This document shows, piece by piece, positions 1-8,937 of a stretch of 64,000 bases of DNA. Position numbers and translations under genes: made by a program. Every line of letters begins with the position of its first letter. Position 1 is the first letter of the stretch. The DNA comes from Clostridia bacterium. GTDB taxonomy: Bacteria > Bacillota > Clostridia > Christensenellales > CAG-138. The notes below the pieces were generated by a model. It saw only the letters and a list, made by a program, of their open reading frames with translations, was not told where the DNA came from and made no database searches. The stretch is taken from contig JAFWMS010000002.1 of the NCBI GenBank assembly GCA_017545535.1, positions 31,116-95,115 on the forward strand. Direction: 5' to 3'.

Positions 1-141
1 CTCTGCCCCATCCGCCAGTGCGCTTTACAGCAGGGTGTGGAGACCTGCGGCGGCTGCGGGGAGATGGATAGCTGCCCCAAACTGGCCATGATCGTCGTCA
101 ACAACGCCGACGCCCGCCGCCGGCTGGAACAGGCTCGGTGA
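1..141 (+). CDS. C-terminal fragment of a Cys-rich protein (DUF3795-like) entering from upstream
   Basis: Frame +1 is open from base 1 to TGA at 139-141. Translation is LCPIRQCALQQGVETCGGCGEMDSCPKLAMIVVNNADARRRLEQAR, with a C..C/CxxC pattern. The N-terminus lies outside the window. Confidence 0.35.
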   Translation, partial: LCPIRQCALQQGVETCGGCGEMDSCPKLAMIVVNNADARRRLEQAR

Positions 142-233
142 GCCTTCGACCATGGGCGGACGAAGCGGGAGGCCGAAGCGCAGCGCCGTTTGGAGCTGAA
201 ACGGCAGCAAAAAAGGGGAAAGAGGCGAGGGCA

Positions 234-860
234 TTGACCGCAAAAGAGGTGGATCCCAAACAAACCAGCCGAGGGGCGGCATACGACCTGTGGATGCAGG
301 CCCCCAACCCCATGGTCACGTTCCTGAAGACTCTGGACGTGACGAACCTGGTCAGGGTCGGCCGAAAGCGGGGGCTGAAGTTCAATATGCTGATGGACTG
401 GTGCATCGGCAAGGCCGCCGCGGGGATAGATGAATTCTATCTGCTGCCTGTGGGGCAAAAACTGCTGCGGTACGACAGTCTGGCGGTCAACACCATCGTG
501 AGGAACCGGGCCGGGGGCGTCAGCTCCTGCGATATCCGGTTCAGTGAGGATCTGCGCGCCTTTACCGAAGAATACCTGGCCTGCACCGCCCAGTCGGCGG
601 AAACGGGCCGGGACCGGGACCTGTCGACGGATCACATGGTCATCGGCACCTCCGCCATCACGGAAACGGAGCTGGACGGGGCCGTGGGCATGAACAGCGG
701 CGTCTTCAACAACCCCTTTTTGATCTGGGGCCGTTACCGGAAAAAGCTGTTTCGATACCACTTGCCCCTGTCCTTTCAGTTCCACCACACCCAGATGGAC
801 GGGGCCCAGGCGGGGCTGTTTTTGGAAACGCTGCAGCGGGAGATGGACGCGCTGATATAG
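234..860 (+). CDS. Chloramphenicol-acetyltransferase (CAT)-fold acyltransferase
   Basis: ORF 138..860. The C-terminal LPLSFQFHHTQMDGAQAGLFLETLQREMDAL matches the CAT catalytic HH..DG region. TTG at 234, preceded by aggggaaagagg, gives a CAT-typical ~208 aa; the start is uncertain (138, 234 or 291). Confidence 0.7.
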   Translation: MTAKEVDPKQTSRGAAYDLWMQAPNPMVTFLKTLDVTNLVRVGRKRGLKFNMLMDWCIGKAAAGIDEFYLLPVGQKLLRYDSLAVNTIVRNRAGGVSSCDIRFSEDLRAFTEEYLACTAQSAETGRDRDLSTDHMVIGTSAITETELDGAVGMNSGVFNNPFLIWGRYRKKLFRYHLPLSFQFHHTQMDGAQAGLFLETLQREMDALI

Positions 861-872
861 AGAGGAAACGAC

Positions 873-2021
873 ATGGAATACAAAGAGAGCATCACCTTAA
901 AGGACGGGCGGACCTGCGTCCTGCGAAACGGCACCTTCGCCGACGGCCAGGCCATGCTGGACATCTATCTTCTGACCCACGGGCAGACGGATTTTCTGCT
1001 CTCCTACCCGGACGAGGCCTCCATGACCGCCGAGCAGGAGGCCCTCTTCCTTCGGGAGCGGACGTTGAGCGACAACGGGATCGAGCTGCTGGCGGAGGTG
1101 GAAGGGAGGATCGTGGGGGCGGCGGGCATCGGCCCCGTGGGCAAAAAGGAGAAGGTCCGGCACCGGGCGGACTTCGGCATCAGCGTCGACGAGCGGTACT
1201 GGCATCTGGGCATCGGCCGGGCGTTGACCCGTGCCTGCATCGCCCTGGCCCGGCGGGCGGGATACGCCCAACTGGAGCTGGAGGCCGTGGCGGACAACCA
1301 GGCGGCCCTGGCCCTCTATGAAAGCGTGGGCTTTCGGGAATACGGCCGGAACCCCCGGGGATTCCGCTCCCGGCTGACGGGCTGGCAGGAGCTGGTCTAT
1401 ATGCGGCTGGAGCTGGAAGAACAGGCGGCCGGGGAGCCGGAGGAGGAAGGCAGCGCCCTCATCCAGGCGGCCGTCGCCTATGTGCAGGACCTGTTTCAAA
1501 ACGACTTCGGCGGCCACGACGCGGCCCACACCCTGCGGGTGTATCGAAACGCCATGGACATTGCCGGGAGGGAGCCCCCCTGCGACCGGGAGATCGTGGC
1601 CCTGGGGGCGCTGCTCCACGACGTGGACGATCACAAGCTCTTTGCCACGGAAAACAATGAGAACGCCCGCCGCTTCCTGGCGGCGCAGGGCGTGGATGAG
1701 GCCCGGATCGAGGAGATCTGTCGGGTGATCAACGCCGTCTCCTTCAGCCGGAACCGGGGCCGGCGGCCCGAGACCCCCGAGGGCCGGATCGTCCAGGACG
1801 CGGATCGGCTGGACGCCCTGGGCGCCGTGGGCATCGCCCGGACCTTCGCCTACGGCGGGGCCCACGGCCGATCGCTGGAGGCGTCCATCGACCATTTTCA
1901 TGAGAAGCTGCTGCTCCTCAAGGACGAGCTGAACACGGACGAGGCCCGACGGCTGGCCGAGAAGCGGCACGGGTTCCTGAAAGCGTTTCTGGCGGAATAT
2001 GAAGAGGAGACCCGGGCGTGA
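873..2021 (+). CDS. GNAT N-acetyltransferase fused to an HD-domain phosphohydrolase
   Basis: 382-aa ORF. The N-half has a GNAT core (RHRADFGISVDERYWHLGIGRALTRACIALARRAG). The C-half has HD signatures (HDAAHTLRV, LLHDVDDHK, QDADRLDALGAVG). Confidence 0.75.
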   Translation: MEYKESITLKDGRTCVLRNGTFADGQAMLDIYLLTHGQTDFLLSYPDEASMTAEQEALFLRERTLSDNGIELLAEVEGRIVGAAGIGPVGKKEKVRHRADFGISVDERYWHLGIGRALTRACIALARRAGYAQLELEAVADNQAALALYESVGFREYGRNPRGFRSRLTGWQELVYMRLELEEQAAGEPEEEGSALIQAAVAYVQDLFQNDFGGHDAAHTLRVYRNAMDIAGREPPCDREIVALGALLHDVDDHKLFATENNENARRFLAAQGVDEARIEEICRVINAVSFSRNRGRRPETPEGRIVQDADRLDALGAVGIARTFAYGGAHGRSLEASIDHFHEKLLLLKDELNTDEARRLAEKRHGFLKAFLAEYEEETRA

Positions 2022-2566
2022 AAGGCGGAGATCGGCTGACCGTCGGCGGGGAGACGTATGCCGTCCTCCGGCTCCTGGGCCATGGGAAGGGCGGCTATTC
2101 CTACCTGGCTGAGGCCGGGGACGGGCGGCAGGCGGTGGTGAAGCAGATCCACCACGAGCCCTGCAGCTACTATACCTTCGGGGACAAGATGGCGGCGGAG
2201 CTCCACGACTACGACCGGCTCCGGGCGGCGGGGATCCCCGTGCCAAAGCTGCTTGCCGTGGACCGGGCGGCGGAGCGGCTGGTGAAGGAATACGTCGACG
2301 GCCCTACCGTCTTCGAGCTGGTCCGGGACGGGGCGGCCGTGGAGCCCTATCTGGAGCAGGTGCGCGCTATGGCGGCCCGGGCCCGGGCGGCGGGGCTGAA
2401 CATCGACTACTTCCCCACCAACTTCGTAGCGCAAGACGGCCGGATCTGGTATATCGACTACGAGTGCAACGAATACATGGACCAATGGAACTTTGAGAAC
2501 TGGGGCGTCCGCTACTGGTCCCGGACGCCGGAATTTGAAACGTATCTAAAGGAGAGAGAAACATGA
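2018..2566 (+). CDS. Small protein-kinase-like (RIO/Kdo-type) protein
   Basis: 182 aa with 4-nt overlaps to both neighbouring genes. Kinase-like elements are the Gly-loop LGHGKGGYSY, the Lys in VVKQI, and NIDYFPTNF / YIDYE. Confidence 0.5.
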   Translation: MKGGDRLTVGGETYAVLRLLGHGKGGYSYLAEAGDGRQAVVKQIHHEPCSYYTFGDKMAAELHDYDRLRAAGIPVPKLLAVDRAAERLVKEYVDGPTVFELVRDGAAVEPYLEQVRAMAARARAAGLNIDYFPTNFVAQDGRIWYIDYECNEYMDQWNFENWGVRYWSRTPEFETYLKERET

Positions 2567-3246
2567 AGATATTGGTGTTCAACGGCAGTCCCAAAGGGAA
2601 GAAGAGCGACACCATGCACGTCACCCGGGCCTTTTTGGAGGGGATGGCGGCGGCGGGGGAACAGCAGGTGAAGATCGTCACCGCCGTGGAGCAGCACGTG
2701 GAATACTGCACGGGCTGCTTCAGCTGCATGCACAACGGGGGCACCTGTATCCACGACGACGACATGCGGGGCATTTTGGAGGAGATACTGAAAAGCGACC
2801 TGCTGATCTTCAGCTTCCCCCTCTACTGCTACGGCATGCCCGCGCCCCTGAAGGCCATCATCGACCGCATCCTGCCCCTTTCCAAGATGACCATGGAGAA
2901 GGTGGGCGACCGGTACGAGCACGTGGGCCAGGCGGACTATTCCCACCTCAAATACGTGATGATCTCAGGCTGCGGCTTCCCCAACAGTCGGCAGAACTTC
3001 GAGCCCGCGGTGGCGCAATTTAAGCTCCTCTTCCCCTGCGATCACACCATTATCACCGTGCCCGAGAGCCCCATGTTCAACGCCCCCGAGGCGGCGGTGG
3101 TCACCGTCCCCCGGCTGCAGCAGGTGAAGGAAGCAGGGCGGCAGTACGCAAAGACGGGCAGGATCGACCCCGACCTCCTCTCCGCCATCTGCTCCCCCAT
3201 GATCCCTGAGGCGCAGTACGCGGCCATCGTGAACGGGGAGGCGTGA
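2563..3246 (+). CDS. Flavodoxin-like NAD(P)H-dependent FMN reductase / iron-sulfur flavoprotein family
   Basis: MKILVFNGSPKGKKSDT..CTGCFSC..LLIFSFPLYCYGMPAPLKAIIDR is typical of this family. Confidence 0.7.
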   Translation: MKILVFNGSPKGKKSDTMHVTRAFLEGMAAAGEQQVKIVTAVEQHVEYCTGCFSCMHNGGTCIHDDDMRGILEEILKSDLLIFSFPLYCYGMPAPLKAIIDRILPLSKMTMEKVGDRYEHVGQADYSHLKYVMISGCGFPNSRQNFEPAVAQFKLLFPCDHTIITVPESPMFNAPEAAVVTVPRLQQVKEAGRQYAKTGRIDPDLLSAICSPMIPEAQYAAIVNGEA

Positions 3247-3249
3247 TCC

Positions 3250-4206
3250 ATGACCATACGGACGAAACAGTTTCAGCTCCTGACCGATGCGGAATTGGCC
3301 TGGGAGCTCATGACGGACGTGTTCACTCCCGACGAGTGCAACGGCCCGGCGGCTCCCTTTTTCGAATACGCCCTCACTTCCTCCTGGCAGGACAAGACCT
3401 ACCTGCGCCTCGATCGGTTCTGGCTGGACGGGGACAAGCCCGTGGGGTTCCTGTTCTATGAGGACGATCCCAATCGGCTCCACTTCGTCCTCCGTCCGGG
3501 GTACGAAGCCCTGGCCGGAGAGATGATCGACTATGGTGAGACCGCCTTTCCCGCCTTCGGTGAGCCCCGGGAGCTGATCTTGAACAGCGGTCAACGTTCC
3601 CTTATCCAGGCAGCGGAGGCGCGGGGGTACAGGGCCGTGGATCGGGAGGAATACAAGGTCTTCGATTTTCGGACGGGGAAACTGGATCATCCCCTGCCGA
3701 CAGGCTACCGTTTCGTGGACCCGGGCCGGGTGGACCCCCTCAAAGCCGCTCGGTGCATGTGGGAGGGATTCAACGAAGGCCGGGGTCCTTTCACCGGTTG
3801 GGAGATCCCCGGCACCGGCCCTCACGAGCTATATCAGAGCGTTCTGGGCGCCTCATCGGCCCCCTCCCCCCACGCCACCTACGAGCGCACCGTGGTTATT
3901 GCCGATGAGAATGGAGACTACGTCTGCTTCGCGGGTATGTGGTGGGTGGAAAAGAACAAGCTTGCCTATCTGGAGCCCCTGTGTACCGTCCCCGAGCATC
4001 GGCACAAGGGGTTGGCCGCTGCGGCCCTATCCCAACATGACCGGCTGTTGCGGCCCCTGGGCGCCCGGATCATGACCGGCGGTGTCAGCGACTTCTACCG
4101 CCGAATCGGCTACCGGGACGCCATTATGACCCTGCATTTTGCGAAGGAGCCGGAAAATGCGCTGTGTGACTTCGGCTTCCCCGGGACAGATTTGAGCAGA
4201 GATTGA
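3250..4206 (+). CDS. GNAT family N-acetyltransferase
   Basis: 318 aa with a C-terminal GNAT core (YVCFAGMWWVE..VPEHRHKGLAAAALSQ). Confidence 0.6.
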   Translation: MTIRTKQFQLLTDAELAWELMTDVFTPDECNGPAAPFFEYALTSSWQDKTYLRLDRFWLDGDKPVGFLFYEDDPNRLHFVLRPGYEALAGEMIDYGETAFPAFGEPRELILNSGQRSLIQAAEARGYRAVDREEYKVFDFRTGKLDHPLPTGYRFVDPGRVDPLKAARCMWEGFNEGRGPFTGWEIPGTGPHELYQSVLGASSAPSPHATYERTVVIADENGDYVCFAGMWWVEKNKLAYLEPLCTVPEHRHKGLAAAALSQHDRLLRPLGARIMTGGVSDFYRRIGYRDAIMTLHFAKEPENALCDFGFPGTDLSRD

Positions 4207-4265
4207 CAGGACAGGTATCCCGGGGCCTGGTATACTGAGAACAGTCAAAGGAAAGGAGACGGCCC

Positions 4266-5159
4266 ATGGAATGGCTCACCTCGATCCGCGGGGCGGTGTC
4301 GTATATGGAGGAGCATTTGACGGAGGATGTGAGCCTGGACGACGTGGCGCGCTCGGCGCACCTCTCCCCCTTCTTCCTGCAGCGGGGATTTTCCCTGGTG
4401 ACCGGTGTGGGTGTCGGCGAGTATCTGCGAAACCGGCGCCTCTATCAAGCCGCTCTCGATCTGCAGGGGACGGGGGAAAAGGTCATCGACATAGCCCTCC
4501 GCTACGGCTACGAGACCCCTGAGAGCTTCGCGAAGGCGTTCAGCCGTTTCCACGGCGCCACGCCCACCCAGGTGCGGGAGGGGGCGGCCGTCCGGGCGTT
4601 CCTGCCCTTGACCATCCAAATCTCGATCCAGGGAGGCAGCAAGATGGAACCTAAGATCACCCCCATGTTCCCCTTCAAGCTCATCGGCTTTCAGAGGGAA
4701 TTCACCTATGAGGAAGCCTACGAGCAGATACCCAGGTTTTGGAACGAGACCTGTGAGAAGTACGCCAACAACGTCTACGCCGGGAACCCGCCCGCCAACC
4801 CCTACGAGCAGGCCCTCATGGACAACTGCATCGGCGAGTACGGCGTCTGCATCGACGATCTGAACGGCGGTCGGTTCCGCTACCTGATCGCAGGCAAATA
4901 CACCGGCGGTCCCGTGCCCGAGGGCATGGTGCTCTACGAGTTCCCTCGGCATGAGTGGGCCGTGTTCGACTGCGTGGGGCCCAACCCCCAGACCCTCCAA
5001 AGCGTCAACACCCGCATCTTTCAGGAGTGGCTGCCCGGAAACCCGGACTACGAGCTCTCGGGCAACGCCACGGTGGAATGGTACGACTGTCTGCACGGGG
5101 AAATGACGGACGTCGACTATCACAGCGCCATCTGGGTGCCGGTGAAGCGGAAGGATTAG
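4266..5159 (+). CDS. AraC-family regulator with GyrI-like effector-binding domain
   Basis: N-terminal dual HTH (LDDVARSAHLSPFFLQRGF.., IALRYGYETPESFAKAFSRFHG) and a C-terminal GyrI-like half. SD aaaggaaaggagac lies upstream, with extended -10 tggtatact at 4228-4236. Confidence 0.8.
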   Translation: MEWLTSIRGAVSYMEEHLTEDVSLDDVARSAHLSPFFLQRGFSLVTGVGVGEYLRNRRLYQAALDLQGTGEKVIDIALRYGYETPESFAKAFSRFHGATPTQVREGAAVRAFLPLTIQISIQGGSKMEPKITPMFPFKLIGFQREFTYEEAYEQIPRFWNETCEKYANNVYAGNPPANPYEQALMDNCIGEYGVCIDDLNGGRFRYLIAGKYTGGPVPEGMVLYEFPRHEWAVFDCVGPNPQTLQSVNTRIFQEWLPGNPDYELSGNATVEWYDCLHGEMTDVDYHSAIWVPVKRKD

Positions 5160-5231
5160 CCTCCTGCTTTCCCCCACTCCGTTGGCTGCCATCGTCCCGG
5201 ACCCAGACGGGGACCCTCGGTCGAAAAGCGC

Positions 5232-5279
5232 TTGACAAATAAACGATCGTTTACTATATTATGGGTAAACGATCGTTTA
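5232..5279 (+). promoter_or_regulatory. SigA-type promoter overlapped by two copies of a 14-bp palindromic operator
   Basis: -35 TTGACA at 5232-5237, a 17-nt spacer, then -10 TATATT at 5255-5260. The perfect palindrome TAAACGATCGTTTA occurs at 5240-5253 and again at 5266-5279, directly upstream of the TetR-family gene. Confidence 0.65.
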
Positions 5280-5296
5280 TTTTTTAGGAGACGACC

Positions 5297-5899
5297 ATGG
5301 GAGACACGAAGGAACGGATATTGACCACCGCCCTGGAGCTGTTCGCGCAAAAAGGCTACGAAGCCGTGTCCACCGGCGACATCGCCGAGGCACTGGGGAT
5401 CACCAAGGGAGCCTTGTATCGGCATTACGAGAGCAAGCAGGCCATCTTCGACGCCATCCTCGCCCGCATGGCGCAGCGGGATGGGGAACAGGCCCAGGCC
5501 CACGACCTGCCGGAGGGGACCGCGGAAACCGATAAAGCGGCCTACGAAGCCGCCACCGTGAGCCATATCGTTTCCTTCAGCCGGGACATGTTCCGCTACT
5601 GGACGGAGGACCCCTTCGCCGCCCCCTTTCGCCGGATGCTGACATTGGAGCAGTATGCGACCCCTGAGATGGGTCGGCTCTACCAGCAGTATCTGGCCGC
5701 CGGACCCATGGGCTATGTGGCGGACCTGTTCCGGGGCCTGGGGCTCACCGACCCGGCGCGCCGGGCGGCGGTCTTCTACGGGCCCATGTTCCTCCTCTAC
5801 AGCGTCTACGACGGGGCCGCGGACAAGGAAGCGGTGACCGCCCTGCTGGATGAAACCTTGGAAAACACAGCAAAAAACCTGTTAGGAGAAGAGAAATGA
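5297..5899 (+). CDS. TetR/AcrR family transcriptional regulator
   Basis: N-terminal TetR HTH (KERILTTALELFAQKGYEAVSTGDIAEALGITKGALYRHYESK). SD aggagacg lies upstream. Confidence 0.85.
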   Translation: MGDTKERILTTALELFAQKGYEAVSTGDIAEALGITKGALYRHYESKQAIFDAILARMAQRDGEQAQAHDLPEGTAETDKAAYEAATVSHIVSFSRDMFRYWTEDPFAAPFRRMLTLEQYATPEMGRLYQQYLAAGPMGYVADLFRGLGLTDPARRAAVFYGPMFLLYSVYDGAADKEAVTALLDETLENTAKNLLGEEK

Positions 5900-6528
5900 A
5901 AGAGAACATCATCATTCGCCGGGAGCGTCCGGAAGACCATTTCGCCGTGGAGAACCTGGTGCGGGAGTCCTTTTGGAATGTGTACCGCCCCGGCTGCCAG
6001 GAGCATTTCGTGCTCCATCGGCTGCGGAAGGACCCGGCCTTCGTGCCGGAACTGGACCTGATCATGGAAAGGGACGGCCGGCTCATAGGCCAAAACATGT
6101 TCATGCGCGCCCATATCGAAGCCGACGACGGGCGACGGGTGCCCATCATGACCATGGGGCCCATCTGTATCGCCAACGACCTCAAGCGCCGGGGGTACGG
6201 AAAGCTCCTGCTGGACTATTCCCTGGAGCAGGCGGCCCGGCTGGGCTGCGGCGCTTTGTGCTTCGAGGGGAACATCCTCTTCTACGGCCAGAGCGGCTTC
6301 ACCTACGCCCGAAACTTCGGTCTCCGCTATCACGACCTGCCCGAAGGGGTCGACGACTCCTTCTTCCTCTGCCGCGAGCTGATCCCCGGCTACCTGGCGG
6401 GCGTCACCGGCGTCTACGGGCCGCCGGAGTGCTATTTCGCGGCGGACAAGGACCCCGAGGGCTTCGAAGCCTTCGACGCCCTCTTCCCGCCCAAGGTGAA
6501 GCTGAAGCTCCCCGGCCAGCTGGTTTAA
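5896..6528 (+). CDS. GNAT family N-acetyltransferase (YhbS-like)
   Basis: 210 aa with DLKRRGYGKLLLDYSLEQAARLGCGAL. It overlaps the TetR-family gene by ATGA. Confidence 0.7.
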   Translation: MKENIIIRRERPEDHFAVENLVRESFWNVYRPGCQEHFVLHRLRKDPAFVPELDLIMERDGRLIGQNMFMRAHIEADDGRRVPIMTMGPICIANDLKRRGYGKLLLDYSLEQAARLGCGALCFEGNILFYGQSGFTYARNFGLRYHDLPEGVDDSFFLCRELIPGYLAGVTGVYGPPECYFAADKDPEGFEAFDALFPPKVKLKLPGQLV

Positions 6529-6554
6529 GAAAAGAAGCGGTCCTCCCCTCCATC

Positions 6555-6583
6555 TTGCCACAGCGGCGAAAACCCGGTATACT
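6555..6583 (+). promoter_or_regulatory. Promoter of bcp
   Basis: -35 TTGCCA at 6555-6560, a 17-nt spacer, then -10 TATACT at 6578-6583. Confidence 0.5.
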
Positions 6584-6617
6584 GATATCACTATTGGTAT
6601 ACGAGGAGGAAACAGCC

Positions 6618-7082
6618 ATGTTGACGGCAGGCATGCGGGCCCCGGATTTCGCTTTGACAGACAAGGACGGAAACACGGTCCGCCTTTCGGACTTTTTGGG
6701 CCGGAAGGTGGTTCTTTATTTCTATCCCAAGGACAACACCCCCGGCTGCACCCGGCAGGCCTGCGCTTTCGCCGGCGCCTACGACGCCTTTCGGGCGAAG
6801 GATGTGGCGGTGATCGGCATCAGCCGGGATTCCGTGGCCTCCCACGTGAAGTTCGCGGAAAAATACGCTCTCCCCTTCCTGCTCCTCTCCGACCCGGAGC
6901 GGCAGGCCATCGAAGCCTACGGCGTCTGGCAGGAGAAGAAGAACTACGGCAAGGTGTCCATGGGCGTGGTCCGGTCCACCTTTATCATCGACGAAAAGGG
7001 CGTCATCGAGAAGGTCATGCCCAAGGTGAAGCCGGACACCAACGCCGCCGACATTTTGGCCTATCTGAACGGCGAAAAGTGA
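6618..7082 (+). CDS. bcp: Thioredoxin-dependent thiol peroxidase (Bcp/PrxQ peroxiredoxin)
   Basis: Internal ATG 6618 of ORF 5973..7082, with SD gaggagga upstream. MRAPDFALTDKDGN..VVLYFYPKDNTPGCTRQAC is the Bcp active-site region. Confidence 0.9.
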   Translation: MLTAGMRAPDFALTDKDGNTVRLSDFLGRKVVLYFYPKDNTPGCTRQACAFAGAYDAFRAKDVAVIGISRDSVASHVKFAEKYALPFLLLSDPERQAIEAYGVWQEKKNYGKVSMGVVRSTFIIDEKGVIEKVMPKVKPDTNAADILAYLNGEK

Positions 7083-7083
7083 G

Positions 7084-8856
7084 GTGCCCATGATCGGATT
7101 CGGGATCGTCACGGGGCTGCTGTTTTTGCTGATGGCGGCCGTGCTGGAACTGAACAGGAACACCCTGTTGGGCTTCGGCCTTTTGCTGGCCGCCACGGTG
7201 GGCTTCGTGCTCCTGTTTTGCCGGGTGCTCCAGGGGGCCCGCTGGTACGGGAAGCTCCTGGGGTATCTGGGCTATGTGGCCGTCTTCACCCTGATCCTCT
7301 TTTTGACCTGGCCCCCCATCCGGGCCGTCCCCGCCTACGAGGGGAAGGCGCCGGTGTACACGGAGCCGGTCCGCACCCGGCAGGGAAACGTGCGGGGCGT
7401 GGTCATCGCGGACGGGGCGGTGGAGCTCTACTGCGCCATCCCCTACGCCCAGCCGCCGGTGGGGGAGCTCCGGTGGCGGGAGCCCCAGGACCCCCTGCCC
7501 TGGGAGGGGGTGCGCACCGGGGACCATTTCGCCCCCATGTGCATGCAGCCCACCCATCTGCCCATCTACGACAGCCTGGCCCGGATCATCGGCTATCACG
7601 ACTACAAGATCTCCCTTCATGACAACTATGTGCCCCCCGTCAGCGAGGACGGGCTCTATGTGAACCTGTGGAAGCCCGCCGGGGCGGTGCGGGATCTGCC
7701 GGTGCTGGTGTACATCCACGGAGGCACCCTGCAGACGGGCCAGCCCTGGTACGCGGACTACGCCGGGACGGGCCTGGCCAAAGAGGGGCTGGTGGTGGTG
7801 AACCTGGGCTACCGGCTGGGGGTGTTCGGGTATCTGGCGGACGAGGGCCTGGCCGCGGAATCCCCCCACGGCACCACGGGGAACTACGGGCTGCTGGACC
7901 AGATCAAGGCCCTCCAATGGGTGCAGCGGAACGTGGCCGCCTTCGGGGGGGATCCAAATAACGTGACGTTGGCCGGGGAGAGCGCCGGCGCCGCCAGCGT
8001 CAGCGCCCTGTGCACGTCGCCCCTTGCGAAGGGGCTGTTCCGCCGGGTGATTTTGGAGAGCTCCACGGTGGCCTCCGTGACCCCGCCCCACTCCTTCCGC
8101 GGCTTTGAGGAGGCCATCGCCTCCGGCCGGGAGCTGAAGGCCCGCTACGGCGTCAGCACCCCCCAGGAGCTGCGGGCCCTGCCGGCGGAACGGATCGTGA
8201 ACGAGGCCTACACCCAGCATCACATGACCCTGGACGGCTACGCCCTCACCGAGACCCCCTACGAATCCTATCAAAAGGGTGTCCACAACGAGGAGGCCGT
8301 CCTCCACGGCTACAACGCGGAGGAGAGCGGGCCCTTCATCCTGTTCAGCCACGCGAACATGAAGAATTATGAGGGGAAGGTCCGGGCCTATTTCAAGGAC
8401 TATGCGGATGAGGTCCTCGCCCTCTACGCCCCTAAAACGGACCGGGAGGCGGACAGCTTCTGGGCCCAGATCTACGGGGCGGTGTTCTTCAACTACCCTC
8501 ATTACTGCCTGAACCGGCTGGCGGCCCAAAACGGCATCCCGGCCTGGGAATACTACTTCAGCAAGACCAACGGCCGTCTGAGTTGCTGGCACAGCGGGGA
8601 GCTGCCCTATTTCTACGGGAACATCCCCGCCGACTCCAAGCTCTTCGACGAGAAGGACCGGGCCCTGTCCGAGACCATCCTCGGCTACGTGGCCAACTTC
8701 GCCGCCGCCGGGGACCCCAACGGGCCGGGGCTGCCCCCCTGGGGCGCGGACGACGGCAGCGCCACGATCCTGGAGCTGGGCGATACCGTCTCCACGGTGC
8801 CGGAAAAGTACCTGGCTCTGTACGCCATCATGGATGAGATGAACGGCTGGAAATAG
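7084..8856 (+). CDS. Membrane-anchored type-B carboxylesterase/lipase family protein
   Basis: 590 aa. Two N-terminal hydrophobic helices are followed by VLVYIHGG and the nucleophile elbow LAGESAGAAS. Confidence 0.85.
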   Translation: MPMIGFGIVTGLLFLLMAAVLELNRNTLLGFGLLLAATVGFVLLFCRVLQGARWYGKLLGYLGYVAVFTLILFLTWPPIRAVPAYEGKAPVYTEPVRTRQGNVRGVVIADGAVELYCAIPYAQPPVGELRWREPQDPLPWEGVRTGDHFAPMCMQPTHLPIYDSLARIIGYHDYKISLHDNYVPPVSEDGLYVNLWKPAGAVRDLPVLVYIHGGTLQTGQPWYADYAGTGLAKEGLVVVNLGYRLGVFGYLADEGLAAESPHGTTGNYGLLDQIKALQWVQRNVAAFGGDPNNVTLAGESAGAASVSALCTSPLAKGLFRRVILESSTVASVTPPHSFRGFEEAIASGRELKARYGVSTPQELRALPAERIVNEAYTQHHMTLDGYALTETPYESYQKGVHNEEAVLHGYNAEESGPFILFSHANMKNYEGKVRAYFKDYADEVLALYAPKTDREADSFWAQIYGAVFFNYPHYCLNRLAAQNGIPAWEYYFSKTNGRLSCWHSGELPYFYGNIPADSKLFDEKDRALSETILGYVANFAAAGDPNGPGLPPWGADDGSATILELGDTVSTVPEKYLALYAIMDEMNGWK

Positions 8857-8902
8857 TCCCGGCAAAAGGGGCCGAAACCGGCGAAAAACGAGGCCGGGTC
8901 CG

Positions 8903-8931
8903 TTGAAGTCCTGGCGGAGGGATGGTATACT
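8903..8931 (+). promoter_or_regulatory. Promoter with extended -10, ending 7 nt before the start codon
   Basis: -35 TTGAAG at 8903-8908, a 17-nt spacer, then TGgTATACT at 8923-8931. ATG is at 8938 and no SD lies between. Confidence 0.5.
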
Positions 8932-8937
8932 TTGGAT

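Noticed and set aside
897-2246. Long antisense ORFs throughout the GC-rich parts. Examples: 897..2246(-), 7015..8865(-), 10821..12875(-), 12821..14230(-), 16528..18321(+), 30904..32574(-), 35364..37124(+), 42940..44529(-), 44593..46785(-), 53667..55025(-), 60316..61506(+).
   Set aside because: These are shadow ORFs opposite genes with strong motif support. Their translations are Arg/Pro/Gly/Ala-rich low-complexity sequences, as expected from stop-poor GC-rich DNA, and they lack SD sequences.
5973-6617. N-terminal 215-aa extension of the ORF containing bcp.
   Set aside because: The extension overlaps the GNAT gene in another frame and is Arg/Pro/Gly-rich. A promoter, an SD and an ATG at 6618 give a normal-length Bcp.
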